Origin: a virus
DNA length: 64,000 nucleotides
Virus record (IMG/VR): IMGVR_UViG_3300045988_135716
Coordinates: 96,001 to 160,000 of that record
Strand: one strand, 5' to 3'
Shown here: positions 1 to 8,260 of the stretch, piece by piece
How the letters are laid out: every line of letters begins with the position of its first letter
Position numbering within the stretch: position 1 is the stretch's first letter
The notes under the pieces: generated by a model
Databases searched by the model: none
What the model saw: the letters and a program-made list of their open reading frames with translations, nothing else
What the model was told of the DNA's origin: nothing
Program-made: the position numbers and the translations under genes

Positions 1-1
1 T

Positions 2-247
2 GAAGATATTATTCAGAAATTTAAAGTTGTAAGTTTCGATAATCTTGCCATTGAACAGTTGAATGTAAAAAGATTATTAACACAGGAAGAATGGGATGAG
101 TTTTATATGGGTGATGACGGAAAAGTTACATATTATGTTGATATGGTAGAGCGTAAATTTGCTCAGAGTTCAACTGCTCCATTTGATAAAAGATACGATT
201 TACTTGATTCAGTAGACGATATGTTTCATGTTATTACAAATTTATAG
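2..247 (+). CDS. hypothetical phage protein, 5'-truncated by window edge
   Basis: The frame is open from base 2 to the stop at 245-247. Track ORF 59..247 is its C-terminal part. Confidence 0.5.
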   Translation, partial: EDIIQKFKVVSFDNLAIEQLNVKRLLTQEEWDEFYMGDDGKVTYYVDMVERKFAQSSTAPFDKRYDLLDSVDDMFHVITNL

Positions 248-257
248 AGGATATGAT

Positions 258-485
258 ATGACAGAACAAGAAATGATTGAATATTTAAAATCAACAGGAC
301 TATACGAAGAACATGAAGATTTCTTTTATGAAAAAGAAATGCTAAATACAAATAAAACTGTTCCAATTAGTGATCTTGTTGAAAGATTTATTGGAATTGA
401 TAAAGAATTTGAAGGAAGACCTTGGAATATCTTACAAATTCTTACAAATATTAATATGATTATTCCTGTAGAGGATAGAAAATAA
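258..485 (+). CDS. hypothetical protein
   Basis: Track ORF 228..485. The internal ATG at 258 follows a GAGGA-like SD. Confidence 0.5.
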   Translation: MTEQEMIEYLKSTGLYEEHEDFFYEKEMLNTNKTVPISDLVERFIGIDKEFEGRPWNILQILTNINMIIPVEDRK

Positions 486-498
486 TAGAGGAATTAAA

Positions 499-747
499 AT
501 GAACAGATTTTTTGGAATGATGCCACGTAATGAAATTGATAAAGAAGAAACATTGATTGATGAAAATAATTATAAAGTAACAATTCAAGCTGGATGCAAT
601 GGATATACGATTATATATGCAGATGGAAGTTCTATGTATGAAGATATTACTTGTTCTACAGAAGAGAATTTTAACAAGGCATTCAGATTAGCTGAAAGTA
701 GTGTTGGAAAACTAACTAGGACTGGACAAGTAAGTGAGGAACGTTAA
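499..747 (+). CDS. hypothetical protein
   Basis: Track ORF with a GAGGAA SD upstream. Confidence 0.55.
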   Translation: MNRFFGMMPRNEIDKEETLIDENNYKVTIQAGCNGYTIIYADGSSMYEDITCSTEENFNKAFRLAESSVGKLTRTGQVSEER

Positions 748-748
748 A

Positions 749-994
749 TTGATTGAACTACATAAAGTAGAACAACGATTGAAAGAAATAGAAAAGAAGT
801 TTGGTAAAGATGACTTATTTGGGTATATTGATGGATATGATTTCTCACTTATTATGCAAGATTTATTAATTCCAGATGGAGATTATGTCGTTGATACAGG
901 TAACTGGGAGAATGTAAATTATTTCTGTGCATATGGATTGATTAAGAGAATAAAGAAACATCCGTTAATATGGAGATTATTTTTTATAATCTAG
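749..994 (+). CDS. hypothetical protein
   Basis: Track ORF 734..994. The TTG at 749 sits 7 nt after GTGAGGAA. Confidence 0.45.
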   Translation: MIELHKVEQRLKEIEKKFGKDDLFGYIDGYDFSLIMQDLLIPDGDYVVDTGNWENVNYFCAYGLIKRIKKHPLIWRLFFII

Positions 995-1033
995 TGATGA
1001 ATTGTTGTTTCATTTGAAAGAAAGGAGAATTTT

Positions 1034-1891
1034 ATGCCAACAAGAGATGATCTAGGAACTAGAATGAAAACTTTTTATGAGGAAATTCCAAAAACAAAAC
1101 TTATGCGTCGCTGTCCAGTTACTATTAGAATTGATGGAAAAGCATTCCATACATTTACAAGAGGATTTCAAAAACCATTTGATGAAGTTTTAATTGAAGC
1201 TATGCAGAAAACAATGAAATATCTTTGTGAAAATATCCAAGGATGTGTATTGGGATATACTCAGTCTGATGAGATTACATTGATTCTGGTTGACTATAAG
1301 AAATTAAATTCTTCTGCATGGTTTGATTATGAAGTTCAGAAAATGTGCAGTATCGCAGCGAGTATGGCTACAATGGCGTTTAATAGATTTTTCATGTATG
1401 AATATGAAGAGTTTAATAGATGGGTTAATGAAGGAAATCCAACAGATGAAGATAGACGATTAAATGATATTTATTATGATGCGATGTGTAAAGGTGCAAT
1501 GTTTGATGCACGTTGTTTCAATATTCCAAAAGAAGAAGTAACAAATCTTATCTACTGGCGACAATTAGACGCTTCTCGTAATTCAATTCAGATGGTAGGT
1601 CAAGCCAATTTCTCTCATAAAGAACTACAAAATAAATCATGTAATCAAATTCAGGATATGTTAATGGAGCAAAAAGGTATCAATTGGAATGATTTACCGA
1701 CATATCAGAAAAGAGGGGCTTGTTGTATTAAAAATAGCCATATAGTTAGATGTTCATCAGATGGAACAGAACTTTGTATAATTAAAGATCCTGGAAAACC
1801 CACAAATGAATGGATTATTGATAAAAATATTCCTATTTTTAAAGGATGTAAGAGGGAATATATTGATAAGTTAATTAATGTAGGAGAATGA
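1034..1891 (+). CDS. Thg1-like protein (tRNA-His guanylyltransferase family, 3'-5' nucleotidyltransferase)
   Basis: Contains the RIDGKAFHTFT and YTQSDEITL motifs, with overall collinearity to remembered bacterial Thg1-like proteins. AAGGAG SD upstream. Confidence 0.8.
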   Translation: MPTRDDLGTRMKTFYEEIPKTKLMRRCPVTIRIDGKAFHTFTRGFQKPFDEVLIEAMQKTMKYLCENIQGCVLGYTQSDEITLILVDYKKLNSSAWFDYEVQKMCSIAASMATMAFNRFFMYEYEEFNRWVNEGNPTDEDRRLNDIYYDAMCKGAMFDARCFNIPKEEVTNLIYWRQLDASRNSIQMVGQANFSHKELQNKSCNQIQDMLMEQKGINWNDLPTYQKRGACCIKNSHIVRCSSDGTELCIIKDPGKPTNEWIIDKNIPIFKGCKREYIDKLINVGE

Positions 1892-1917
1892 ATTGCGTCT
1901 TTCATGAGGTGAGAAAT

Positions 1918-2211
1918 ATGTTTGAATTAGAATTATTTGATAAAATTCCAATGTCTGTTTATAAATTAATTTATGAACAAACTTTTGAATCACAAAGAAT
2001 GCAAGATGAAGATGAATTATATTTTACACATGGAATATCTGATCCAAATAGTTGCGATTATCATATGATGGATTTTGAAACAACTGAAATTTTAGGTACA
2101 TTTATGGATTTACGTCCAGTATCTCCAAATCAATTAAAGAGGATATTAATTTTAGGCTATTTATTTAATATGGTTTTTGGTAGATATTATACGGATAAAA
2201 ATGAGGAATAA
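1918..2211 (+). CDS. hypothetical protein
   Basis: Track ORF 1888..2211. The ATG at 1918 follows GAGGTGAG. Confidence 0.5.
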   Translation: MFELELFDKIPMSVYKLIYEQTFESQRMQDEDELYFTHGISDPNSCDYHMMDFETTEILGTFMDLRPVSPNQLKRILILGYLFNMVFGRYYTDKNEE

Positions 2212-2214
2212 TAA

Positions 2215-2298
2215 ATGGATGAATTTACAGTAACCTTAGAATTGTTATTTATGGTGTTACTTAGTGGATGCGTATTAATTGGGAGGAATAAAGAATGA
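2215..2298 (+). CDS. 27-aa hydrophobic micro-ORF
   Basis: Translates as MDEFTVTLELLFMVLLSGCVLIGRNKE. Its stop overlaps the next start as ATGA. Confidence 0.25.
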   Translation: MDEFTVTLELLFMVLLSGCVLIGRNKE

Positions 2299-2552
2299 GA
2301 TTGATTGATGCAGATAAAATAATTAATTCTCTTGGAAGTTCAGATGTAGATTTATACATATCTGGATTGATTGATGAACAGCCGACAGCTTTTGATGTGG
2401 ACAAGGTTGTGGAGCAGTTGAAACAGTTAAAAATGAGATACTTCTTAACAATTGCAAATACGGGAGATGCCGATAAAGATTGTGCTTATAAAAACATTGC
2501 AAATACAATTGATAGAGCCATTGATATTATAAAAGGTGGTAGAGTTGAATGA
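2295..2552 (+). CDS. hypothetical protein
   Basis: Track ORF with a GGGAGGAA SD and an ATGA overlap with the next gene. Confidence 0.55.
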   Translation: MRLIDADKIINSLGSSDVDLYISGLIDEQPTAFDVDKVVEQLKQLKMRYFLTIANTGDADKDCAYKNIANTIDRAIDIIKGGRVE

Positions 2553-2977
2553 GAGAAATTCTTTTCAGGGCAAAGCGGGTTGGAGACGATGAATGGGTTG
2601 AGGGATATTATCAGAAAAGACGTAACTTTTTAGGAAATGAAGAACATTTAATCTTCCATGTAGATAGTCATACGGTATGGGAATACACGGAAATTAATCC
2701 AGAAACCCTCTGCCAGTTCACGGGGCTTTATGACAGATATGAAAACAAAATTTGGGAGAACGATGTTTTAAAAACATGGTCTGATGAATATGCGCAAGTT
2801 AAATTCGGACTGTACAACACAGGTTTTGCTAGTGGTAATTGCAACCAAGGATTCTATGTTACATTTTCGGAAGATTCATATAACCGGCATGAACTAGGAT
2901 ATTGGTGTAAAAAAACTTATGTAAGAGGAAACATTTTCGATAATCCAGAATTATTACAGGAGGAAGCAGATGAGTAA
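2549..2977 (+). CDS. YopX-family protein
   Basis: Contains ILFRAKR, CQFTGLYDRYENKIWENDVL and the C-terminal GNIFDNPELL, which are typical YopX motifs. Confidence 0.8.
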   Translation: MREILFRAKRVGDDEWVEGYYQKRRNFLGNEEHLIFHVDSHTVWEYTEINPETLCQFTGLYDRYENKIWENDVLKTWSDEYAQVKFGLYNTGFASGNCNQGFYVTFSEDSYNRHELGYWCKKTYVRGNIFDNPELLQEEADE

Positions 2978-2982
2978 ATCTA

Positions 2983-3261
2983 GTGATTGATACACCAGAA
3001 ACTTGTGTAGAATGTATATTTTGTCAAGAATACAGTACAAAAAGTAGAGAATATGCATATTGCTATGTGACCAATGGGGATAGCGAAAATGACATAAAAC
3101 TAATTGACTGTATATACGGATATCGTCAATCTAAACCCGATTGGTGTCCATTGATAGAATTACCTAAAAAGAAAAATTGGGGAGAAATATTTAATGGAAA
3201 TGTTAAAGGTTGGAATGATTGTTTGAGAGAAATTACAGGTAGTCAAAAAATTAACAGTTGA
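2983..3261 (+). CDS. Cys-rich hypothetical protein
   Basis: Track ORF with CVECIFC and DWCPL motifs. The start is uncertain because there is no SD. Confidence 0.45.
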   Translation: MIDTPETCVECIFCQEYSTKSREYAYCYVTNGDSENDIKLIDCIYGYRQSKPDWCPLIELPKKKNWGEIFNGNVKGWNDCLREITGSQKINS

Positions 3262-3276
3262 AAGTTTACTTTCAAC
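3257..3276 (+). repeat. intercistronic stem-loop GTTGAAAG-TTTA-CTTTCAAC
   Basis: Perfect 8-bp stem. It contains the upstream TGA stop and lies 11 nt before the GGAGG SD. Confidence 0.7.
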
Positions 3277-3297
3277 TCATAAAATGGAGGGATTTAT

Positions 3298-3843
3298 ATG
3301 AAAAAGCATATTGATGTAGATTTTAATTGCGGAATGACAATTGAAGAAGCTGTTAAATACTTACACCAGTTGTCATATAAAACTGGTAAGGATTATTGTG
3401 GAGCTTTTAATGGTAATACTTTAAGTTCTGATATGACAGTAGATGAAGCATATGTTAAATGTATTGGTAAAACATTTAAAGAATTTAAAGATGAAAAAGA
3501 AAAAATGAGACAAGATTTAATCAGGAGAGAAGAAGAACATAAAAAGAAAATTCCAGAACTAACAAAATATTGGATTAAAGAAGGACATAAAGTTTTATCA
3601 CAAGACAAATGGGACGAATGGGATAGATGTGTACCTATCAGATTAGGTGATCTGTACAAAGGAATGGAGTTAGGTCAATGTTTAGATATTATTAAAACTG
3701 TTAAGGATAATTCTATTGTCGCAGGTATTGAAGTAATGAAGAATCAAGGTCACTCAGGAATGTCTTGGGGACTTATGAAATCTATGATTTATACATTTTG
3801 CGATTGTGGTAACGAATTTGTTGAAGCTTTAGATAATATGTAA
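3298..3843 (+). CDS. hypothetical protein
   Basis: Track ORF with a GGAGGG SD. Confidence 0.6.
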   Translation: MKKHIDVDFNCGMTIEEAVKYLHQLSYKTGKDYCGAFNGNTLSSDMTVDEAYVKCIGKTFKEFKDEKEKMRQDLIRREEEHKKKIPELTKYWIKEGHKVLSQDKWDEWDRCVPIRLGDLYKGMELGQCLDIIKTVKDNSIVAGIEVMKNQGHSGMSWGLMKSMIYTFCDCGNEFVEALDNM

Positions 3844-3897
3844 TTTTTCTAAGAGCATTTCTGCTCAAAATTCCATAAAAAATACAATTGAATAGAG

Positions 3898-4290
3898 GTG
3901 AGAGTAATAGTACACAAATCTAAAAGATTCACTAATACATGGTGGAGTTTATGTACTAACTATGAGGATTATCTTAACTTTGCAAAAGAAATGTATCAAT
4001 GGAAAAGTGAAGATGCCATATTTGGCGGTGAGCAATTCCAAACAGACGCTTCATTATTTGATAGTGTGAGTTCTTGGATGGACACATTTGAAGTTCCATA
4101 TATATTAGAAGATCCTAATGATAAGTACTCTGATGAGCATGAGATTAATAATCCATTGACTGATAAATACGAAATTAAAAATAAACCAGAAGAGAATGAA
4201 TATCCAGTAGTGGTTTATATGTATAGAGTGCAAGGTTATTTTAATGTTGATTGGTTTATCATTAAAGAATTGGAAAGTGAGGATAAATAA
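3898..4290 (+). CDS. hypothetical protein (start uncertain)
   Basis: Track ORF. The GTG at 3898 lies inside an AGAGGTGA SD-like string, so the in-frame ATA at 3907 is an alternative start. Confidence 0.5.
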   Translation: MRVIVHKSKRFTNTWWSLCTNYEDYLNFAKEMYQWKSEDAIFGGEQFQTDASLFDSVSSWMDTFEVPYILEDPNDKYSDEHEINNPLTDKYEIKNKPEENEYPVVVYMYRVQGYFNVDWFIIKELESEDK

Positions 4291-4655
4291 TGCCGACAGG
4301 ATATACGTCTTATATTAAGGATGGGAAAATAACATCTGGTAAAGAATTTTTGAAGCTATGTACAAGAGCATTTGGAATTGCGATTGATTTAAAAGATGAA
4401 TCTTTAGATGTTCCAACACCAAATCATTTTGAGCCACATCCTTATTATGAAAAAGCATACAAAGATTCTGTAGTGTCAAGAGAAAAAGCGTATAGCATGA
4501 CTTTTGAAGAGGTAAAAGAAGATATAATATCTAAGTATCATGATAATAAGGGTAGGGCAGCAAAAATACTTGAAGAATATAAAGATGAAGATAAAAAGTA
4601 CCTAAAAGTACGAGAAGAAGTTGAAAAATGGATTCCACCAACACCAGAACATTAA
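4290..4655 (+). CDS. hypothetical protein (possibly the N-terminal part of a TAA-interrupted gene)
   Basis: Track ORF with an ATG overlapping the upstream stop. Confidence 0.55.
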   Translation: MPTGYTSYIKDGKITSGKEFLKLCTRAFGIAIDLKDESLDVPTPNHFEPHPYYEKAYKDSVVSREKAYSMTFEEVKEDIISKYHDNKGRAAKILEEYKDEDKKYLKVREEVEKWIPPTPEH

Positions 4656-4688
4656 AATCTAAAGAAATTTTGTTTAGAACAAATTGAT

Positions 4689-4913
4689 ATGTCATTGAAT
4701 ACATCTTTATATGAATGGTGTGAAAAAGATATAAATAAGGAATTAGATACTTCTGATGATACAGTTAAGAAATATATTGATATTTTAAGAGATAATGCAG
4801 ATGAAAAATTGAAAAGAGCATATAAACATTGGCAAGAAGAATTAAGGAGAGTAGAAGAAAAGAATCTATGGATGAAACAATTTTTAGATAGTTTGGAGGA
4901 CATAAAATGGTAA
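4689..4913 (+). CDS. hypothetical protein (same frame as 4290..4655, no SD)
   Basis: Track ORF. It is in frame with the upstream gene across a single TAA, with 11 open codons between them. Confidence 0.4.
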   Translation: MSLNTSLYEWCEKDINKELDTSDDTVKKYIDILRDNADEKLKRAYKHWQEELRRVEEKNLWMKQFLDSLEDIKW

Positions 4914-5242
4914 ATTTTGAAGAAAAATTTAATGATTTAATTCAGAAAAAGATTATCAATGACATTTCAAAACAGGATCTTATCAAAATTAATTATGATA
5001 ATAGGTATGAAGTTCCATACGAAATCCTTAAAGAATGTTATGAAAAAATTGATATTGAAAAAGTAAAAGAGAAAATTATATCACGATTAGAAGAAGAAAT
5101 GGCAGATAAGATTGTTAATAAAATGGTTACTGAATTTTCAAATGACATTAAACAGATTATGTGCAATCGTGAACTTAGAGAAGATTTGAGATATTATATG
5201 AGAACTAAAATTAAAGAAATCAATGACAAAGTGATGGGCTAG
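4907..5242 (+). CDS. hypothetical protein
   Basis: Track ORF with a GGAGGA SD. Confidence 0.6.
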   Translation: MVNFEEKFNDLIQKKIINDISKQDLIKINYDNRYEVPYEILKECYEKIDIEKVKEKIISRLEEEMADKIVNKMVTEFSNDIKQIMCNRELREDLRYYMRTKIKEINDKVMG

Positions 5243-5324
5243 CATCACATGAAACAAACGATTCAAGGAGGTGATTTAAACGTCAAAAACTTGTTTTATT
5301 ATATTTTTTATAGTTCTATGGATT

Positions 5325-5579
5325 ATGAGTGGATTCATTTCTATTGTTTTTGCATACGCATATAGTACAAGAGGAGAAGAATATAATCCAAATTATCTTG
5401 ATGGAGAAATTAAATATATAATATTATTATCTTTTGGTGGTTGTATGACATTAATAGTAACCATAGTTGCTTTTATATATGTATGGATTAATGAACACAA
5501 ACCAAAATCAAGATCATTTACAAAATTTATCTATTGGTTAGGAAACATTGGAGTTAAGAAAGATGATGATAAGACATGA
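5325..5579 (+). CDS. small membrane protein (start uncertain)
   Basis: Track ORF with two hydrophobic segments. The frame is open from 5280 and encodes additional hydrophobic residues there. Confidence 0.5.
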   Translation: MSGFISIVFAYAYSTRGEEYNPNYLDGEIKYIILLSFGGCMTLIVTIVAFIYVWINEHKPKSRSFTKFIYWLGNIGVKKDDDKT

Positions 5580-5857
5580 GGGTTGTAGAACTTATAAGAA
5601 AATTACAAGAAATCGGCTATGATGAGAATACTGAATTGACATTTAGTTGCACAGATGGTGAAACAGGTGAGTATTACGTTATTCCATTTGAAGAAATTAC
5701 ATATGGAGAAGAATTAACTGGTGAGTCGTATGATAATGATGTGATTGATATTTCAGTAGATATTGATTCAGTGGAAGAATATATCAAGGCAAAAGCAGAA
5801 GTTGAATTAGAGAAACAAACGCAAAGAGTAATTAAAGCATTAGAGGATTATAGTTAA
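5576..5857 (+). CDS. hypothetical acidic protein
   Basis: Track ORF with an ATGA overlap. Confidence 0.55.
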   Translation: MRVVELIRKLQEIGYDENTELTFSCTDGETGEYYVIPFEEITYGEELTGESYDNDVIDISVDIDSVEEYIKAKAEVELEKQTQRVIKALEDYS

Positions 5858-5858
5858 T

Positions 5859-6134
5859 ATGAGAACATATAAAAAGGTATTATTTTATAAAGAAGCGGAA
5901 TCACCTCTTGCATGGAGAGATGATCGTAAGGCAAGAACAAAAATCGAAGTTATTATGTGGTTTGATTTTAAAGAAGGATTAAGATTTTCAGTTGGAGCAG
6001 GAAATATTACTTCTTGTGAAAGAAACATCTTTAAAGCCATTTGGAGAGTATTGGAACATGAATCTATTGGAATGGCGAAATATGATTGTTTGAAAGAAGA
6101 TACTAGATCAAAGGGACTATGGAAAAAATTATAA
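5859..6134 (+). CDS. hypothetical protein
   Basis: Track ORF. Confidence 0.5.
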   Translation: MRTYKKVLFYKEAESPLAWRDDRKARTKIEVIMWFDFKEGLRFSVGAGNITSCERNIFKAIWRVLEHESIGMAKYDCLKEDTRSKGLWKKL

Positions 6135-6154
6135 AGAGAAAGAGGTAATAGAAT

Positions 6155-6340
6155 ATGAAAACAATCTATGAATTAAATGAGAAAGATATCGCAACGCTTG
6201 TAGCCGAAAAATTTGACATTGGAACAGAATGTGTTCACGTAAGCTATGACAATGTAACAACTGGATATGGTGTTGCAGAAACTACGAATCCTACTATTAA
6301 GATTCAAATTATTACGGATAAAGAAATAGACGAAGTATAA
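6155..6340 (+). CDS. hypothetical protein
   Basis: Track ORF with an AGAGGT SD. Confidence 0.5.
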   Translation: MKTIYELNEKDIATLVAEKFDIGTECVHVSYDNVTTGYGVAETTNPTIKIQIITDKEIDEV

Positions 6341-6380
6341 CTTTGAATTCTCGATTTCATGGGATAAAAGGTGATGTTTT

Positions 6381-6734
6381 ATGAATAAAAGAACACGTAA
6401 AAAGCGGTTAAAGAAACAAGGATTGTATGTAAATCCAAAAGAAACATGGAATCTGGATTGTAATATTGCAAAATATGTTCTTCCAAGATTAAAGATGTAT
6501 AAGAAATTAACCATTGCTTATCCTGGATATGGCGAAGCGAATACACCTGAAAAATGGGATGCTCTATTGGATAAAATGATTTGGTCATTCGAGCAAGTTG
6601 CTAATGATTATGAGATATATGCGTCTATAAATTTTAAGGATTCCGATTGGATGGATAAATACAATGAACTGAATGATAAGATTCAAGAAGGATTGATATT
6701 ATTTGCAAAATGGTTTCGGTATTTATGGTGGTGA
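6381..6734 (+). CDS. hypothetical protein
   Basis: Track ORF with an AAAGGTGA SD. Confidence 0.55.
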   Translation: MNKRTRKKRLKKQGLYVNPKETWNLDCNIAKYVLPRLKMYKKLTIAYPGYGEANTPEKWDALLDKMIWSFEQVANDYEIYASINFKDSDWMDKYNELNDKIQEGLILFAKWFRYLWW

Positions 6735-6738
6735 GAAA

Positions 6739-7062
6739 ATGAAAGAGATTTTAGGTAATAACCTTGAGCAATTCTTTTTTGTACTGGATTATCCAAAAGA
6801 ATATGGAGCAGTATGTACATACAAAAGTAATAGATATGAAGTTTGGTTAATGGATGATGAAATATTTGATATGATTTCAGATCTGTCAGAAGAAAAATTT
6901 GTGAAATTCGCAGGTGAAGATGCTTGGTGGAGAAGTAGTAACGGTAGTGTATTATATTCACTTGATAAAGGAGAAGTAACAATTAACAACCAGAAAATGA
7001 TTGGATGGATTAGAAAACCTTGGGATGAAGAAATATCAATCATTATCAGAGTATCTATGTGA
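6739..7062 (+). CDS. hypothetical protein, paralog A
   Basis: The internal ATG of track ORF 6703..7062 follows GGTGAGAA. It is paralogous to 7179..7463. Confidence 0.55.
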   Translation: MKEILGNNLEQFFFVLDYPKEYGAVCTYKSNRYEVWLMDDEIFDMISDLSEEKFVKFAGEDAWWRSSNGSVLYSLDKGEVTINNQKMIGWIRKPWDEEISIIIRVSM

Positions 7063-7177
7063 ATTTATTGGAGCTTCTACACCTCAGAATGTTGTGGCTT
7101 GTGTAATGGATTTAGCAAAATTCAATCATTTATCAATGGGTGAATTGTTTAAAAAATATGAACCAGTGGAGGATTAA
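7025..7177 (+). CDS. 50-aa ORF overlapping the end of paralog A
   Basis: Translates as MKKYQSLSEYLCEFIGASTPQNVVACVMDLAKFNHLSMGELFKKYEPVED and fills an otherwise 116-nt gap. The SD is weak. Confidence 0.35.
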   Translation: MKKYQSLSEYLCEFIGASTPQNVVACVMDLAKFNHLSMGELFKKYEPVED

Positions 7178-7178
7178 A

Positions 7179-7463
7179 TTGAAAAATATAAAAGCGATTA
7201 TTGGTACTAATCTTGAGAAGCTTTTTTTAAATTTAAAATATCCAGAACATTGCAAAGCTGCCTGTATATATAAAAATAATGAATATGAAATAGAAGTATG
7301 GGTTATGCCAGACAAAGTATACGATATTATTGTTAAGATGTCTAGTAGAAAATTTAAGAAACTAGCCGGAGAAAATGCATTTTGGGCGGAATGGGTTGGA
7401 AATGGAGTAGAAAGAGATGAATATGGGAGAGTAACTGGTTGGTCTTGGACTGAATTGCCGTAA
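7179..7463 (+). CDS. hypothetical protein, paralog B
   Basis: TTG start 5 nt after GGAGGA. Its N-terminus aligns with the paralog A start. Confidence 0.5.
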   Translation: MKNIKAIIGTNLEKLFLNLKYPEHCKAACIYKNNEYEIEVWVMPDKVYDIIVKMSSRKFKKLAGENAFWAEWVGNGVERDEYGRVTGWSWTELP

Positions 7464-7528
7464 ATAATTCGAATATAGAATTAAAAGATTGAATTATTTA
7501 GAAAATACATAAAGGAGTATGTTGAAAT

Positions 7529-7840
7529 ATGAAGAAATCAGAACCAAAATTAATTTTAAATCTGCAAGTTGATAGTGAAGAACTCGATCAGAAAGTTAAA
7601 CTTGCAATGGATAAGTACATTGAAGATGTAATTGTGGGTAATCTTGATGATGAAATTGAAAAGATTGTCACTAAAAGAATTGAAGCATTAGTATCAGCAG
7701 ATAGATGGAATCCAAATCGAAAAATTAAAGATAAAACATTAGAAACGTATGTAAAAGAAGCAACAGAGAAAGTTATTAGTGATGTAATTGATAAGAATAT
7801 CAAAGATATTTTTGCAAAGAAAGTTGCGGAGATGCTATAG
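7529..7840 (+). CDS. hypothetical protein
   Basis: Track ORF with an AAGGAG SD. Confidence 0.6.
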   Translation: MKKSEPKLILNLQVDSEELDQKVKLAMDKYIEDVIVGNLDDEIEKIVTKRIEALVSADRWNPNRKIKDKTLETYVKEATEKVISDVIDKNIKDIFAKKVAEML

Positions 7841-7847
7841 GTTAAAT

Positions 7848-8045
7848 ATGAAGAGAAAGAAGAAACAGAATAACAAATTATCAGACAAAGAAAAATTGTT
7901 GAATAATTTTAAAACAGTGGAAGATTATATGGTAAAGAAAATCGAGAATCATATTACGCAAAGCATTTATAAAGAAATAGAACAACGTTTATATTTTAAT
8001 AAAATCGTAAGTGATGTTTATACAAAATTTAAAGACAAAAAGTAA
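7848..8045 (+). CDS. hypothetical basic protein
   Basis: Internal ATG of track ORF 7788..8045. Confidence 0.45.
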   Translation: MKRKKKQNNKLSDKEKLLNNFKTVEDYMVKKIENHITQSIYKEIEQRLYFNKIVSDVYTKFKDKK

Positions 8046-8260
8046 CATAAAATATTTCTTTCATCGTAGTCTTGAATATCCTTGATTTCACTGACTTCTG
8101 AAAGAGATAACGTAATCAGAATACATAGAATCATGTGGTTTTGGGACGCTGAAACCGTATAAATATTAGTGATTTAATATATCACATGAAAGAAATAATT
8201 GATCGAAGAAAGGAAAACATAGTCTCATGAGGTAAGCTGCGCAGCACTTTAGGGACGAAT

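Noticed and set aside
1705-1905. Minus-strand and alternative-frame track ORFs nested inside long genes. Examples are 1705..1905, 3393..3659, 6173..6514, 6683..6982, 17238..17516, 18119..18430, 38015..38359, 54047..54271 and 59079..59261.
   Set aside because: They lie antisense to or out of frame with ORFs that have clear homology or SD-coupled starts. They have no SD of their own and show low-complexity Ile/Leu/Phe/Ser-rich translations typical of AT-rich antisense frames.
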